This document shows, in pieces, positions 1 through 17,309 of a stretch of DNA of 64,000 nucleotides. The first letter of the stretch is position 1; each line of letters opens with the position of its first letter. The notes beneath the pieces are model-generated. The model was not told where the DNA came from. It was given only the letters and a program-made list of their open reading frames with translations, and searched no databases. This stretch comes from the human T2T-CHM13v2.0 reference genome, Homo sapiens: assembly GCF_009914755.1 (NCBI RefSeq), contig NC_060932.1. One strand, 5' to 3'. The position numbers and the translations under genes were made by a program.

Positions 1-250
1 TCTGGTCAGTTTTATGCACATTGAGAGTGTATGTGCCAGAAACAGGAGCTGATTAGAAGAGGTTTTCCTATAGGATGAGGTTTCTAAAGTCCAGTAAACT
101 TGAGCATGTGGAGTTTCTCCACATACTGCTTTTCAAAACTGTAGTGATCTGTGAAGTAAATATAATTCTAATGCCCAGAAGAGCATTGAGCCTGTGGACT
201 TTGACTCTTTAGAAAGGGAACCAGCGTCTGGGGAATATGGTGGGGTACTA

Positions 251-457
<207 letters not shown>

Positions 458-460
458 TCA

Positions 461-565
<105 letters not shown>

Positions 566-795
566 TCACAAAAAAAAAAAAAAAAAAAAAAAGGCCGGTG
601 TCACTTCATTTTGCCTTGAAGATACCACAGAAGACTTATTCTAAGACTAGATAACTTACACTTCTGATGGCAACTTGCTATTAATACGTTTTAGGGATTT
701 TTGCTTCTGAGGTTACAGATAATGTTCAGACTGCTGATATTAATAAAAATAATATTTAATTTATATTCCTGTTGCACTTTTTATTTGCTTTGCAG

Positions 796-871
796 CTTTG
801 ATTAGTTTGTCCTTTGGAGGAGCAATCGGACTGATGTTTTTGATGCTTGGATGTGCCCTTCCAATATACAA
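796..871 (+). CDS. LEPROTL1: LEPROTL1 (endospanin-2, Vps55 family) coding exon 2
   Basis: Acceptor tttgcag|CTTTG and donor TACAA|gtatgt; 76 nt encoding (A)LISLSFGGAIGLMFLMLGCALPIY(N). Exon 1 lies upstream of the window. Confidence 0.97.
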
Positions 872-1363
872 GTATGTAAAATGTTTGTCTTTCTGAATAT
901 TTAAGGGTAAAATTTTTCTACTTTTAAAGCTTAAAAAAATGTTTTTTTACTACTGTAAAAGTAATGCAGAGAAATGTTCACTTACCAAACACATACCTTT
1001 GTAAAAATCACCACTTAAAGTTTGTTTCTAAAGATTTTAGGACACCAAGATGCAAATAATATTTTTGGCTGTTACCTGCTCTTTCACTACTGCTGAGTCT
1101 GCAGTGGCAAGATAGCTACACAGTACCTCAGCCCTCCTGCTCAGTTTTTAACATCTATTGATAATACTAATTACAAGAAAATTTAAAATGTCTTTTTGCA
1201 AAAAAATACCATAAGCAGTCAAAACACAATTAAAAAAAAAAGAGAGAGATGTAAACAATTACTTTCCGGCCGGGTGCGGTGGCTCACACCTGTAATCCCA
1301 GCATTTTGGGAGACCAAGGCGGGAGGATTGCCTGAGGTCAGGAGTTCAAGACCAGCCTGGCTA

Positions 1364-1576
<213 letters not shown>

Positions 1577-2438
1577 TTAGGATAGAAAGAACTTCTCAAA
1601 GTTAACATTTTAACATTTAGATAAATTAGAAAAAGATGGACAACTCAATAGAAAAATAAATACAAAAAGAGAACTACAAATTGCTAATAAGCACATAAAA
1701 ATATCCCCAGCCTCACTCAAAACTAAACAAAATCTATTGACAAAGACAAGAGACAGGGCAAGCAGGGACTCTTTTGTGCTGTGGGGGGAGTACACATAGA
1801 TAGTTTTCTTGGAGATAAGTTTGCTTGTAGCTCTCAAAGTATATATTCTTTGAGTTAGCCCTTTCACTTGTTAGACTTTCTGATACAAACCCACTTGCAG
1901 ATGTTTACAAAGATATATTTAGTGGGGGAGAGTATGGATGTTCAAGCAGCCTTGTTTATTTTTTGGTTTTTGTTTTTGTTTTGTTGTTTTATGCGTTATT
2001 TATAAGAGCCAAAAAAAATTCTGAAAACATCCTAAATGTCCTTCAAAAGAAAAATGGTTAAATTATAGTAAATCTTTTAATGGAAATACTAGGCAGTCTT
2101 AAAAAGAATGAGGAAGAGCTGTAAGTGCTAACATGTAAATATGTTCAAGACATATTGTTAGAAAACTGCAGGGACCCATTCATATTTTAAAGTTTATGTG
2201 GAAATGTGGAAGGGTCCCTGAGAAGCTCAATAGGAAAGTGGGCAAGAGGAGATTTGGAACTTTTAGTCTTTACTTTTTGTGCTTTTGTACTGTTTGAATT
2301 ATTTTTCTTAAGCATATATTCAATTTTTAATTTTTTTTCTTAAAATATTTAGGAAATGGTCAGGCGCAGTGGCTCATGCCTGTAATCCTAGCACTTTGGG
2401 AGGCCAAGGTGGGTGGATCACCTGAGGTCAGGAGTTTA

Positions 2439-2726
<288 letters not shown>

Positions 2727-3198
2727 TTATTCTATGGTAGTTTTAAGGGCATCTATTTCTTTTTAACTTTTTATTTTGAAACAATTTTAGATTCTGAAGA
2801 AGTTGTGAAAATCATACACAGAGGTCCCCTGTACCCTCCACACAGCCTGCCAGAGTCATAAGATCTTACATAACCATAGTTATCAAAACCAGGAAATGAC
2901 TGTGGTACAATACAGTTAACTAGATGTAGAGTAAAAGCCATCTATTTTTATTGTGATAAATTCTATATTCTGACTGAAAGTGTTCTTACTTTTAGCTTCT
3001 TTTCTGTATTTTGATTTCTGTAATTTGGGAGTTCCTCGTGTTGTAAGGGAAGTTTAGGGTTGTTTCAGCTTTATGCTAAGGTTGGGTATCATCCATTAGA
3101 AGTCAAGCGATTGAATCTTGATTTTTTAAAAAGACCATATTTTGTGTGTAGGAAAATGACATAGCAAAAATTACATTAACTTATTTTTCTTTTTCTAG

Positions 3199-3385
3199 CA
3201 AATACTGGCCCCTCTTTGTTCTATTTTTTTACATCCTTTCACCTATTCCATACTGCATAGCAAGAAGATTAGTGGATGATACAGATGCTATGAGTAACGC
3301 TTGTAAGGAACTTGCCATCTTTCTTACAACGGGCATTGTCGTGTCAGCTTTTGGACTCCCTATTGTATTTGCCAGAGCACATCTG
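3199..3385 (+). CDS. LEPROTL1: LEPROTL1 coding exon 3
   Basis: ttttctag|CAAATAC ... CATCTG|gtaagt; 187 nt, phase-compatible with exon 2; encodes [23 protein letters not shown]...PIVFARAHL and ends in phase 0. Confidence 0.97.
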
Positions 3386-3553
3386 GTAAGTGAATATATT
3401 CTTCCATTAATGATTTTATATTGAACATGTGTTACATTTTTCTCAAGCAAAGTTTTTGTTAATGACATGAAAAGAGGTGAAAGACATAAGAGCCTAGAAG
3501 ATAGAGATTAAAATCTCACTTTATTGTTTGTTCTTGTTAACTAATAAAAGTGA

Positions 3554-3926
<373 letters not shown>

Positions 3927-4389
3927 TTAACTGTCAGAGTTGAGCATATCAACTCCCCCAGTGCTGAACAACCCAGGCCTATCCTGTAAAACCTAAAATA
4001 TGGAAGACCTGAGAAGGTGCATGTGCTCTGCAGGCAGAAAAGCACTGAAGAGGGGAAGGGGCTGGCTACGGGTACTCAGTTCTTCCTCCCAAACTCACTG
4101 ATCCACGCGCCTTCATCTCTGGGGAGGTAGAGAAGACAGCCATATGGAGAAGGCAATTGTTTTCCCACCCCTTCAAAAGAATGTACATGGGTGTGTTTCC
4201 ATCTGTGATATGCTAAAATTTAATCTACTCTAGATAGATTTTTATATTAAGGAAGAGTAAGCACATTCCTTTATAAACAGAAACTTGTAGAATTTTATGC
4301 TGCTTCTTCATAGCCCAGAAGTCAAGCTTGTTTTTGAATGGTCATTTCATGACTTTCTTTTTAAAGGAACCAAAGGTAAATGAAAATAC

Positions 4390-4500
4390 TAGTATAAAAG
4401 TACCACTTTTATACTATAAATATATTTATACTGTATATATTTATATATATTTATACTATATATTTTTTTACTATATATATTTATACTATATATATTTATA
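4390..4500. repeat. AT-rich palindrome plus (TATATATATTTATAC)-like low-complexity tandem repeat
   Basis: TAGTATAAAAGT-acc-ACTTTTATACTA (4390-4416) followed by repeated tatatatatttatac-type units. Confidence 0.85.
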
Positions 4501-4645
4501 AGTATGTGTTCAGCACTGTGACAATTATTGTTACAAGGCATGCTTCTTTTAGATCATAATTGGGATACAACTAGAGCCTTGATTTTTTTTTTTATTTTCC
4601 TTTCGTTTTTCATGCCTGTTGACTGAGTGTATCTTATTTCCATAG

Positions 4646-4762
4646 ATTGAGTGGGGAGCTTGTGCACTTGTTCTCACAGGAAACACAGTCATCTTTGCAA
4701 CTATACTAGGCTTTTTCTTGGTCTTTGGAAGCAATGACGACTTCAGCTGGCAGCAGTGGTGA
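4646..4762 (+). CDS. LEPROTL1: LEPROTL1 proximal terminal coding exon (exon 4)
   Basis: ttccatag|ATTGAG; encodes [38 protein letters not shown]-stop (TGA 4760-4762). Confidence 0.97.
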   Translation: MEWGACALVLTGNTVIFATILGFFLVFGSNDDFSWQQW

Positions 4763-6970
4763 AAAGAAATTACTGAACTATTGTCAAATGGACTTCCTGT
4801 CATTTGTTGGCCATTCACGCACACAGGAGATGGGGCAGTTAATGCTGAATGGTATAGCAAGCCTCTTGGGGGTATTTTAGGTGCTCCCTTCTCACTTTTA
4901 TTGTAAGCATACTATTTTCACAGAGACTTGCTGAAGGATTAAAAGGATTTTCTCTTTTGGAAAAGCTTGACTGATTTCACACTTATCTATAGTATGCTTT
5001 TTGTGGTGTCCTGCTGAATTTAAATATTTATGTGTTTTTCCTGTTAGGTTGATTTTTTTTGGAATCAATATGCAATGTTAAACACTTTTTTAATGTAATC
5101 ATTTGCATTGGTTAGGAATTCAGAATTCCGCCGGCTCTATTACTGGTCAAGTACATCTTTTCTCTTAAAATTATTTAGCCTCCATTATTACAAAAAATTA
5201 TAAAAATAAGTTTTCAGTCAGTCAGGATGACATCACTCCCAATGTTATGCAGACATACAGACGGTTGGCATACGTTATAGACTGTATACTCAGTGCAAAT
5301 ATAGCTGCATTTATACCTCAGAGGGGCCAAGTGTTAATGCCCATGCCCTCCGTTAAGGGTTGTTGGTTTTACTGGTAGACAGATGTTTTGTGGATTGAAA
5401 ATTATTTTATGGAATTGCTACAGAGGAGTGCTTTTCTTCTCAATTGTTAGAAGAATTTATGTTAAACTTTAAGGTAAGGGTGTAAAAACATTTTTGAGAT
5501 AAGGTTTTTATTTATGTTTATTATTGTTAGAGTGAGTTGCAATGTGGGAAGAAATGACATTGAAATTCCAGTTTTTGAATCCTGTTTCTATTTATAAGTG
5601 AAATTTGTGATCTCCTATCAACCTTTCATGTTTTACCCTGTTAAAATGGACATACATGGAACCACTACTGATGAGGGACAGTTGTATGTTTGCATCATAT
5701 ATGCCAGAAAACCTTCCTCTGCTTCCTCCTTTTGACTTATTTGGTATGTTGTATATATTACATAAAATAACTTTTCAAATATAGTTTAATAACACTTAGA
5801 AGTGTTTACTTACCTGGAAAATAATTGCTATGCCGTACATTCAGAGTGCCCCCTCCCCTGCAAGGCCTTGCCATGATTAACAAGTAACTTGTTAGTCTTA
5901 CAGATAATTCATGCATTAACAGTTTAAGATTTAGACCATGGTAATAGTAGTTCTTATTCTCTAAGGTTATATCATATGTAATTTAAAAGTATTTTTAAGA
6001 CAAGTTTCCTGTATACCTCTGAACTGTTTTGATTTTGAGTTCATCATGATAGATCTGCTGTTTCCTTATAAAAGGCATTTGTTGTGTGAGTTAATGCAAA
6101 GTAGCCAAGTCCAGCTATATAGCAGCTTCAGAAACATACCTGACCAAAAAATTCCCAGTAACCAGGCATGATCAATTTATAGTGGTCGTTTACATCTAAT
6201 AATTATCAGGACTTTTTTCAGGAGTGGGTTATAAAAACATTCAAGTTGGTCTGACAGTATTTTGTTAAGGATATTTGTTTGTATGTTTATTCAGTATACT
6301 TACATAAAAATTATTTCGCCATCAGCCAAAACTCAGTAATCATGACAGCTGTCTGTTGTTTTATGAAGTTTATTTCTCAAGAAAATGGGAATAAATTTGG
6401 GATTTGTTCAGCTTTTTTACTAAAGATGCCTAAAGCCACAGGTTTTATTGCCTAACTTAAGCCATGACTTTTAGATATGAGATGACGGGAAGCAGGACGA
6501 AATATCGGCGTGTGGCTGGAGCCTTCCCACTGGAGGCTGAAAGTGGCTTGTGGTATTATAATGTTCAGATTTCAAGAGGAAGGTGCAGGTACACATGAGT
6601 TAGAGAGCTGGTGAGACAGTTGGGAACTCTTTGTGCTTGTGATCTACTGGACTTTTTTTTTGCAGGAAGTGCATTCTCTGGTCCTTCCCTATTTTCTGTT
6701 CTGGATGTCAGTGCAGTGCACTGCTACTGTTTTATCCACTTGGCCACAGACTTTTTCTAACAGCTGCGTATTATTTCTATATACTAATTGCATTGGCAGC
6801 ATTGTGTCTTTGACCTTGTATACTAGCTTGACATAGTGCTGTCTCTGATTTCTAGGCTAGTTACTTGAGATATGAATTTTCCATAGAATATGCACTGATA
6901 CAACATTACCATTCTTCTATGGAAAGAAAACTTTTGATGATGAAACAATAAAGATTTTAAATATCTATTT
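4763..6970 (+). other. LEPROTL1: LEPROTL1 3'UTR (proximal isoform)
   Basis: Repeat-free AU-rich 2.2 kb after the stop codon, ending near a canonical poly(A) signal; the end coordinate is approximate. Confidence 0.8.
6947..6952 (+). terminator. polyadenylation signal of proximal LEPROTL1 isoform
   Basis: AATAAA followed ~20 nt later by a GU/U-rich element (gtttgtgggtgtttttg). Confidence 0.8.
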
Positions 6971-9363
6971 TAGTTTGTGGGTGTTTTTGAAATGAAAATA
7001 TATGGCACACTTTCATTCTGAAGTGCATTAACATTCTAATAAGGTGATGTAAAGCAAGATGACATTGGTGTAATGTTAGAGTTGCAGAAGTTTCCATTCC
7101 AAAATAAAATGGAAACCATAGTTACAGATATTACAATGCAGCCCTGTAATTTTGAGCTGTAGTAAAAGGATTGGTAATCTGGGAAGTAGAATTTTTACAA
7201 AATCTTTTACAAAAATAGTCATAAAAGGTTTTGTTGACATTTAAGACTACTACTGATCTAAAGGCAAGGTCCTACTTCTTAAATTTTCAGAACATTTTTA
7301 TGACTTCTTATTATGTATTTATTACCACTCATTATTATAGCATGTTACTTTTTGCAAACATTTTAAACAAAAAATATTTCTGTTTGGTACACTGTGAAGA
7401 GAGAAAAGTACTGTTCTGTATTTTCAAATATTAGTCGTGTCCCAAATTGTCCTAATTATAATCTTATCATATACTTTAAAAAGTTTAGGCTGTGGACACT
7501 AAATGTCTGCTCTAATATGATTTTGGGGACATTGTCAATGCAGATTTTTTTTTTTTTTTTGAGACTTGCTTTGTGCCCAGGCTGGAGTGCAGTGGTACGA
7601 TCTTGGCTCACTGCAACTGCTAGGTTCAAGCGATTCTCATACCTCAGCCTCCTACGTAGCTGGGATTACAGGCATAGGTCACCACACCTGGCTAATTTTT
7701 GTATTTCTTGTAGAAACATGGTTTTGCCATGCTGGCCACACTGGTCTCAAACTCCTGGCCTCAAGTTATCGCCCTGCCGCTCAGCCTTCTGAGTAGCTGG
7801 GATTATAGGCCTGCACCACCACGCCTGGCTAATTTTCGTATTTTTTGTAGAGATGGGGTTTTGCCATGTTGGCCACGCTGGTCTCAAACTCCTGGCCTCA
7901 AGCCATCACCACCACAACCCCCCTCCAACCACCCCCCCGCCCCGAAAAAAAGTGCTGGGATTACAGGCGTGAGCCACCACACTTTGGCCAAAATAATCCA
8001 GATTTCTAAAGTCTAGGATATTTATATTGAATGTGACTAGATTTTTAAGTTTCAGATAACTTTTAATCAATGCACCAAAGTTAACAAGGAACACAACGTT
8101 ATTGTTAAGTGGTATGTGTGTTTTAGATCCCAGGATGCTTTATGATGTATACGATTGGTGGGAAATTGAAATTCGTATTTCTTCTCTATAAGCTTGTATT
8201 GCCCTTTCTTTCAGTGAAGATTAGGAGCTCTGATTTTATTACAGGTCTGTTCATTTTATGGCATTCTCAAGGAAGAAAACATGTCCTGTAGGTAAATATT
8301 TTAGATCAATGAAGCTTAGCTTACTAAGAACTAATGTTTGTTTTACTTTAATCATTTGATGAAAGTATTAAATGGATTGTACACATGTGCTTTCTTAGAA
8401 TATATTAAAACACTTTAATTTTTCCTTGGTAATTTAGGACTATCATCATAAACTATTTCCCCCCCATTGTAAGTGGCTGCCGACCTGTATTTTTCTGGAA
8501 TTGTGTTTTTGATCCTTTTCATACAACTGAGTATTTGTTTCTAGCACCCCTTAACTTATTTTGTTTCCAAGTTGCTGACTTACAGTATATTAGGAAGAGT
8601 GGAAAGTGGTCAAGAAAAAAATAAGGCAACCAAGCTTATTAAATCAATTATGTAACATTTCTGTACACAGTACATCAGTGGACTTAATTAGGGTGCCTCC
8701 TACCTCTTACACAAATGAAATGCTTTGTGACAGGTATTCTTCCTCTTGAAAGGCTTTTTTAAGAAAAAAATAATTTTTAACTGTATACTAGATAATCTGA
8801 GATTGCAAAAGGAGCACCAGATAAGGGAGGTGTTACCATGCTGTGCAGCAGAAGAAGGCTTATAATTAAGTTTACTACACTTTAATGTTGGGGTTATTCT
8901 GAGCTCAAGATACTCATAGACCTTTGTCTGATTTCCAGGGTCTTATATCTCACTTCACCCTTTGTGTTTAGTTACTGAAAGTTTAGGGATGAAGATAGAT
9001 TTACAGTTTATTTTTACAAGAAACTTTATACTGTATGCTTTGCTTCCAGTCTCTTGAAGATTATTTGAATTCATCTGTGGGTTTATGCCCATACACACGG
9101 TTAGTCACAGTAATTCAGATATTAACTGTTAAGCTTGTAAATTCTAGCAGAGGGTGGTGGGAACAGAGCAAATCCAAACCTGTTTCTATGAGTGAGAGAT
9201 TAAGACCATAAAACACTTATCTTTCAACTGTAATTCTGCAGAGTTTTGTATTTAGAGGCAGTACTCCGTGTGTGTGTGTGCGTGCGCGCGTGTGTGTAGT
9301 GGGGGCAGAATCAGGAATTTTTTTTTACTTCAAAAGCCAGTAGAGGCTGGGCGTGGTGGCTCA

Positions 9364-9693
<330 letters not shown>

Positions 9694-11125
9694 TTACAAC
9701 CATAGAAACCAGCCAATAGAATAAAATACTAAAGAATAAACCTGAGTATTTCCATATCTGTTTGTAAAAGCATTAGTATTTATTAATTATCTTGATATAT
9801 AGTGTGTCTGGCATTTAATATTGGAAGTATCTTTTTCTCTTGGTAGATCAGTTTATTGTATAATATCATGTAAATACAACTGTGACATAAAAGTAAATGA
9901 ACTTGTGTAGATTTGGGAACCTCCCCAAAATAGGACAGATGTTTTCCTGAAAGCTAGGTTTACTTATGTCATCTATTTGAAGATTGTTTCTGAAAGGGTT
10001 TACAATTGAAACAACTTCCTAGGATTAAACCAAGTGTAGGTGGATTTATTTTTGTCAGGGAGGGTCTAAATCATCAACTTCCAAAACATAAGCAAGAATT
10101 GGCTCTAAACATTAACTGAGTGTAGCAGTGAAGACAAAGGTGTTAGTCCCTAAGAATTAAAAGAAAAAGAAGATGGTTTTGAGCTATACTTCATACTACA
10201 AATGATGTTTGTCATTTACTAATTTAAATGGCCTAGTAATTATTTAAATTAAATAATTTATTATCAACTAAATCCAAACAGTGCTTAAAACAGTGATTTC
10301 AAAAATATATACATTTAAAAACCCAGATGCTAAGAAATGTCCAGTGTATTAGGTAGAAACAACTTGGTGTTCACATCTCTGTATTTCACTTCGGCTATGT
10401 CATGAGGTAGTTACGCTGAAATTCCGCATTTGGTTTCAGCTTTTCCTCTAGAAAACTTCCTTGTTCCCAGTGGCAGTTACATGCCGCATTCCAGGTACTA
10501 CTGGAAACAGGAAAATCTTGGAGCACAGTCCCTCTCTGAAGTGGTAATCTAATGAGATAAGAGAGACAGAAATATATCGAAGCCAATTCATCTCCAAGCC
10601 AAGAGAGAAGTGTGGAGTTCACGGAAGGGAAAGATTTGGGAGACAGAAAGAGGTCGGGTGGGGGGTGGTTTTCTGTTGCTCTGGTGGGTCTTGTGCCAGC
10701 CAGCAGGGTCACAGGATGTGAGAATTCCTTTGGAGCAGCAGTCTGGGGTTCTTCAGCATCCTGAGGTTTCAGAGGCAGTTGGGGACAGCTTTTTGATTCT
10801 GACACGATGATCTCTGGATCCCAGATACCATGGAGATATAAAAAGTGGTGAGACTCAGGCTATATTTTAAAGGAATAAAAGCAGGTTTTCTGATGAGTTG
10901 TGTGGAAGACAGAGTGGAGTCAGTGATGACTACCAAGTTTTTGCTCATCCATATCACCTGGATAGGAGTAAAGGAGTAGTAAGGGAGAAATGGAAAATAA
11001 AAATCAAGGTTCTGGAACACAGATCCAAACTGGTTCATCATATCCACCTGTTACCCAGACATGCCACAATTTGCTTTGTTTCAGACCCTTGCCAAACAAA
11101 ACACTATTCAGAGTTGGGACGCTAA

Positions 11126-11475
<350 letters not shown>

Positions 11476-11964
11476 TAACCATTTTCTAAATTCCTGGAGG
11501 GTTTACATGGTAGCACACATCACAGCATAGGGGCTACATACCAGGTTCTGGAGGCAGACCACCCAACTTCTAGCTCTTCTTGATGCTAGTGGTGTAACCT
11601 TAGCCGAGTTATTTAACCCGTGTCCCATTTCCACATCTATAAAGTGAAGATACTAATAGTATCTACCTCATAAAGTGGTGAGATTTAAATGTAACCCACA
11701 GAGAGCTCACATAGATAGTGAATGTTAGATGTTCGCTGTTGCTTTCACTGTTTCTTACCAATTGCCTGTATTGCTAAGCAGTTTCCTCTTTTAAGAGGGC
11801 AAACTTTTTAAAAACACATTTTAACGATCTACTGGACTAAGCATATTGATCCTCCCTACCCCTACTCCTGCACCGAATCTTAGAAATGATACCCTTTTTG
11901 GCCAGGTGCAGAGTGGCTCACCCCTGTAATCCCAGTACTTTGGGAGGCTGAGGCTGGCGGATCA

Positions 11965-12354
<390 letters not shown>

Positions 12355-13183
12355 CTACCATAAAAGTTGGGACCCCTGCCAAAGAGCCTGTCATCGCTGC
12401 AAGTGGTGGAATCCAGGAGCAGGAGGGGGCTTACTGAGGCAACTTGCAGAGGGAGGACTTGGGGTGTGGCAGGGGAGCAGCCAAGCCGGCAGATGACTAC
12501 GCATCTCCACGTACACACAGGTCTCCATCTCACCCTCCATTATGGGCCGGAGAGAACATGTTTCCTGCAGTAGCGAGGATAAGAATACCAAGTCTGGAAG
12601 AGCAGCCACCGGGCCCTCTGCTCAGCAGCACATCGTTTTCATCCGTAATGCTGGGAAAACACTGTGCCTCTCCGTTTAGTGAGACCCTCAAGCAGTCATG
12701 GCTGGCCGTCCAGCCAGGGGGTCTCCATGCAAAGAGGATCACCCAACAGTGCAGGAAGAAAACAAATTCAGAGAACTCACCACTGAGGAAACAATGGAAT
12801 ACACCGAAGCTCCGTTTTTACAGTTTTAAGTATTGGAGCCACCCACCGGCCTAGGGAGACCCTAGCAACTGTTGTACAAAGTCAGGCTGATGAGGGTTAA
12901 AGTTAGAGAACATTTTACATTTTTTGCACCCAAATCCAATTAGGCTGCCCCAGGACTGAACCCTAGGGAAAACATTTTGGTTTTCCTCAGAGGCTCTCTG
13001 TTTTATCACAAAGATGGATTTGATTCAAAGACACATAGTATAATCTTAATATGGATAAACCTTATTCAACAATGTATTCTCCTTCCTTTAACACTCGTCC
13101 TGAGACAATGAACCCAGAACCTGCCATCTGCTTGGATAGGAAGGTAAGGAAAAGTTATGCTCAGAATGACACATCTTACATGA

Positions 13184-13444
<261 letters not shown>

Positions 13445-14022
13445 TGAAGTCATCTGCCTGCCTCAGCCTCCCAAAGTGTTGGGATTGCAGGCGTGAGCCA
13501 CTGCGCCCAGCTTACATGACATTTTGGTTACCCACCTAGAACCCTGCATGGCCCATTGTGGACATTTATTCGAGTTGGAAAACTCTGATGGGAGTCCAGA
13601 TGGGCTCAGTTATGCTTCAGCAGCGAACGACTCCCATATCTCAGGGCTAACAACAAAGGTTTATTTCTCACTCAATGTATCACAGATTGGCTGTGATTCT
13701 ACTGGAATATTGTCTCAGGAACCTGGGCTATCAGTAGCATTGTCCATCTTTTAGCAGAATTGGGAACAAGCATGGAGGCCTCCATGGTGGCTGTTAGATC
13801 TGCCTGGGGGTCACACGCACCTCCTCTACTCCCCTTTCATTGCCGGAGCAAGTCACACAGCCACACCTGATCTCAAGACATGGGGGAATGTGAACGCCAG
13901 CAAGACAGTTGACCGCCCTTCTTTATACAACTTTTCCCTTATTTCTCTCCTGCTCCTGAAACTCATGTACAGTATTTGACTTTTTTCTGATATAAATACT
14001 GTGGCCCAGGAGTGGTGGCTCA

Positions 14023-14289
<267 letters not shown>

Positions 14290-15052
14290 CTATATCATGT
14301 ACCCCCAGATATGATGTACTGAAAAGCACACCACATTCTTACCAAAAATGCATACCTTCATCTAATCCTGCACCCTTGATCTCCCTGGGCTTAGGTGATC
14401 CTCCTACCTCAGCCTCCCAAGTAGCTGGGACTACAGGCACGCACCACCATGCCTGGCTAATTTTTTTTTTTTTTTTTTTTTTTTTGTAGAGACAGGGTTT
14501 CACCATGATGCCCAGGCTTAGGAGAATGCTTTAAAACCTCACAAATAGATAAGGAAAAGACAAAAGGCCCAAGAGAGAAATAGCAAAATATATAAACAGG
14601 CAATTTCTGAATAAAAACCTGTAAGTGGCAAATAAAGAATGTGGGAAGGGGCATTATTCTCATTAGTAATCCAATAAATGAAATTTAAACATCAATATGA
14701 TACTTTATATTACCCACAAATTTGGCAAAGATCTATAAAAATTATAATACCCAGTGTTCCTAAGAAATTATAATACCCAGGTAGTACATATGAAAATAAT
14801 CACTCTCATAGATTTTAGGTGGGAGTGTAAGTAGTTGGTCTCAACCTTCTAAAATGTAATTTGGTAGTAAATATTAAAAGCCTTCTGTAATGTTGTGATA
14901 TAATAAGAAATATATTGGGAGGCCAAGCTGGGCGGATTGCTTGAGCCCAGGAGTTTGAGACCAGCCTGGGCAACATGGCAAAACCCTGTCTCTACATAAA
15001 TATAAATAATTAGCCAGGTATGGTGGCACATGCCTGTGGTCCCAGCTACCTA

Positions 15053-15990
<938 letters not shown>

Positions 15991-16122
15991 CCTTTACACC
16001 TTCAAAATATGCATACTGTTTGACCTACTAACTCCTTGTATTGTAATCCTAGGGAATTAGTCAGAGACAGAAGATGATCATCGCTTTACTAATTATGGTA
16101 ATGAAAAATCAAAATGATCTTA

Positions 16123-16788
<666 letters not shown>

Positions 16789-17309
16789 TCAACTGTGACT
16801 GTATTAGGTGGTTATTTAAAATTACATTGTAGAAAAATGCTTATAGACATAAAGTTTAAAAAGCAGGCTATAAAATAGAAATTAGTATGAATCTACTGTT
16901 TGGGAAAAAAATCTGTATATATATTTTTTGATTTGGTTGTTTTTTTTTTTTTTTTTTTTTGAGACAGAGTCTCGCTCTGTCTTCCAGGCTGCAGAGCAGT
17001 GGCAGAATCTTGGCTCACTGCAACCTCTGCCTCCTGGGTTCAAGGGATTCTCCTGCCTCACATTCCTAAGTAGCTGGGATTACAGGCACCCGCCACCACA
17101 CCTGGCTAATTTTTGTATTTTTAGTAGAGACTGGGTTGGCCAGGCTGGTCTCGAATTCCTGACCTCAAGTGATCCAACTGTCTTGGCCTCCCAAAGTGCT
17201 GGGATTACAGGTGTGAGCCACCATGCCTGGCCAGAAAAACACAAATATATTAATATGTGTACATACAGATACATGTGTACATGTGGAAAAAGCTAGAAGG
17301 TTATTATAT

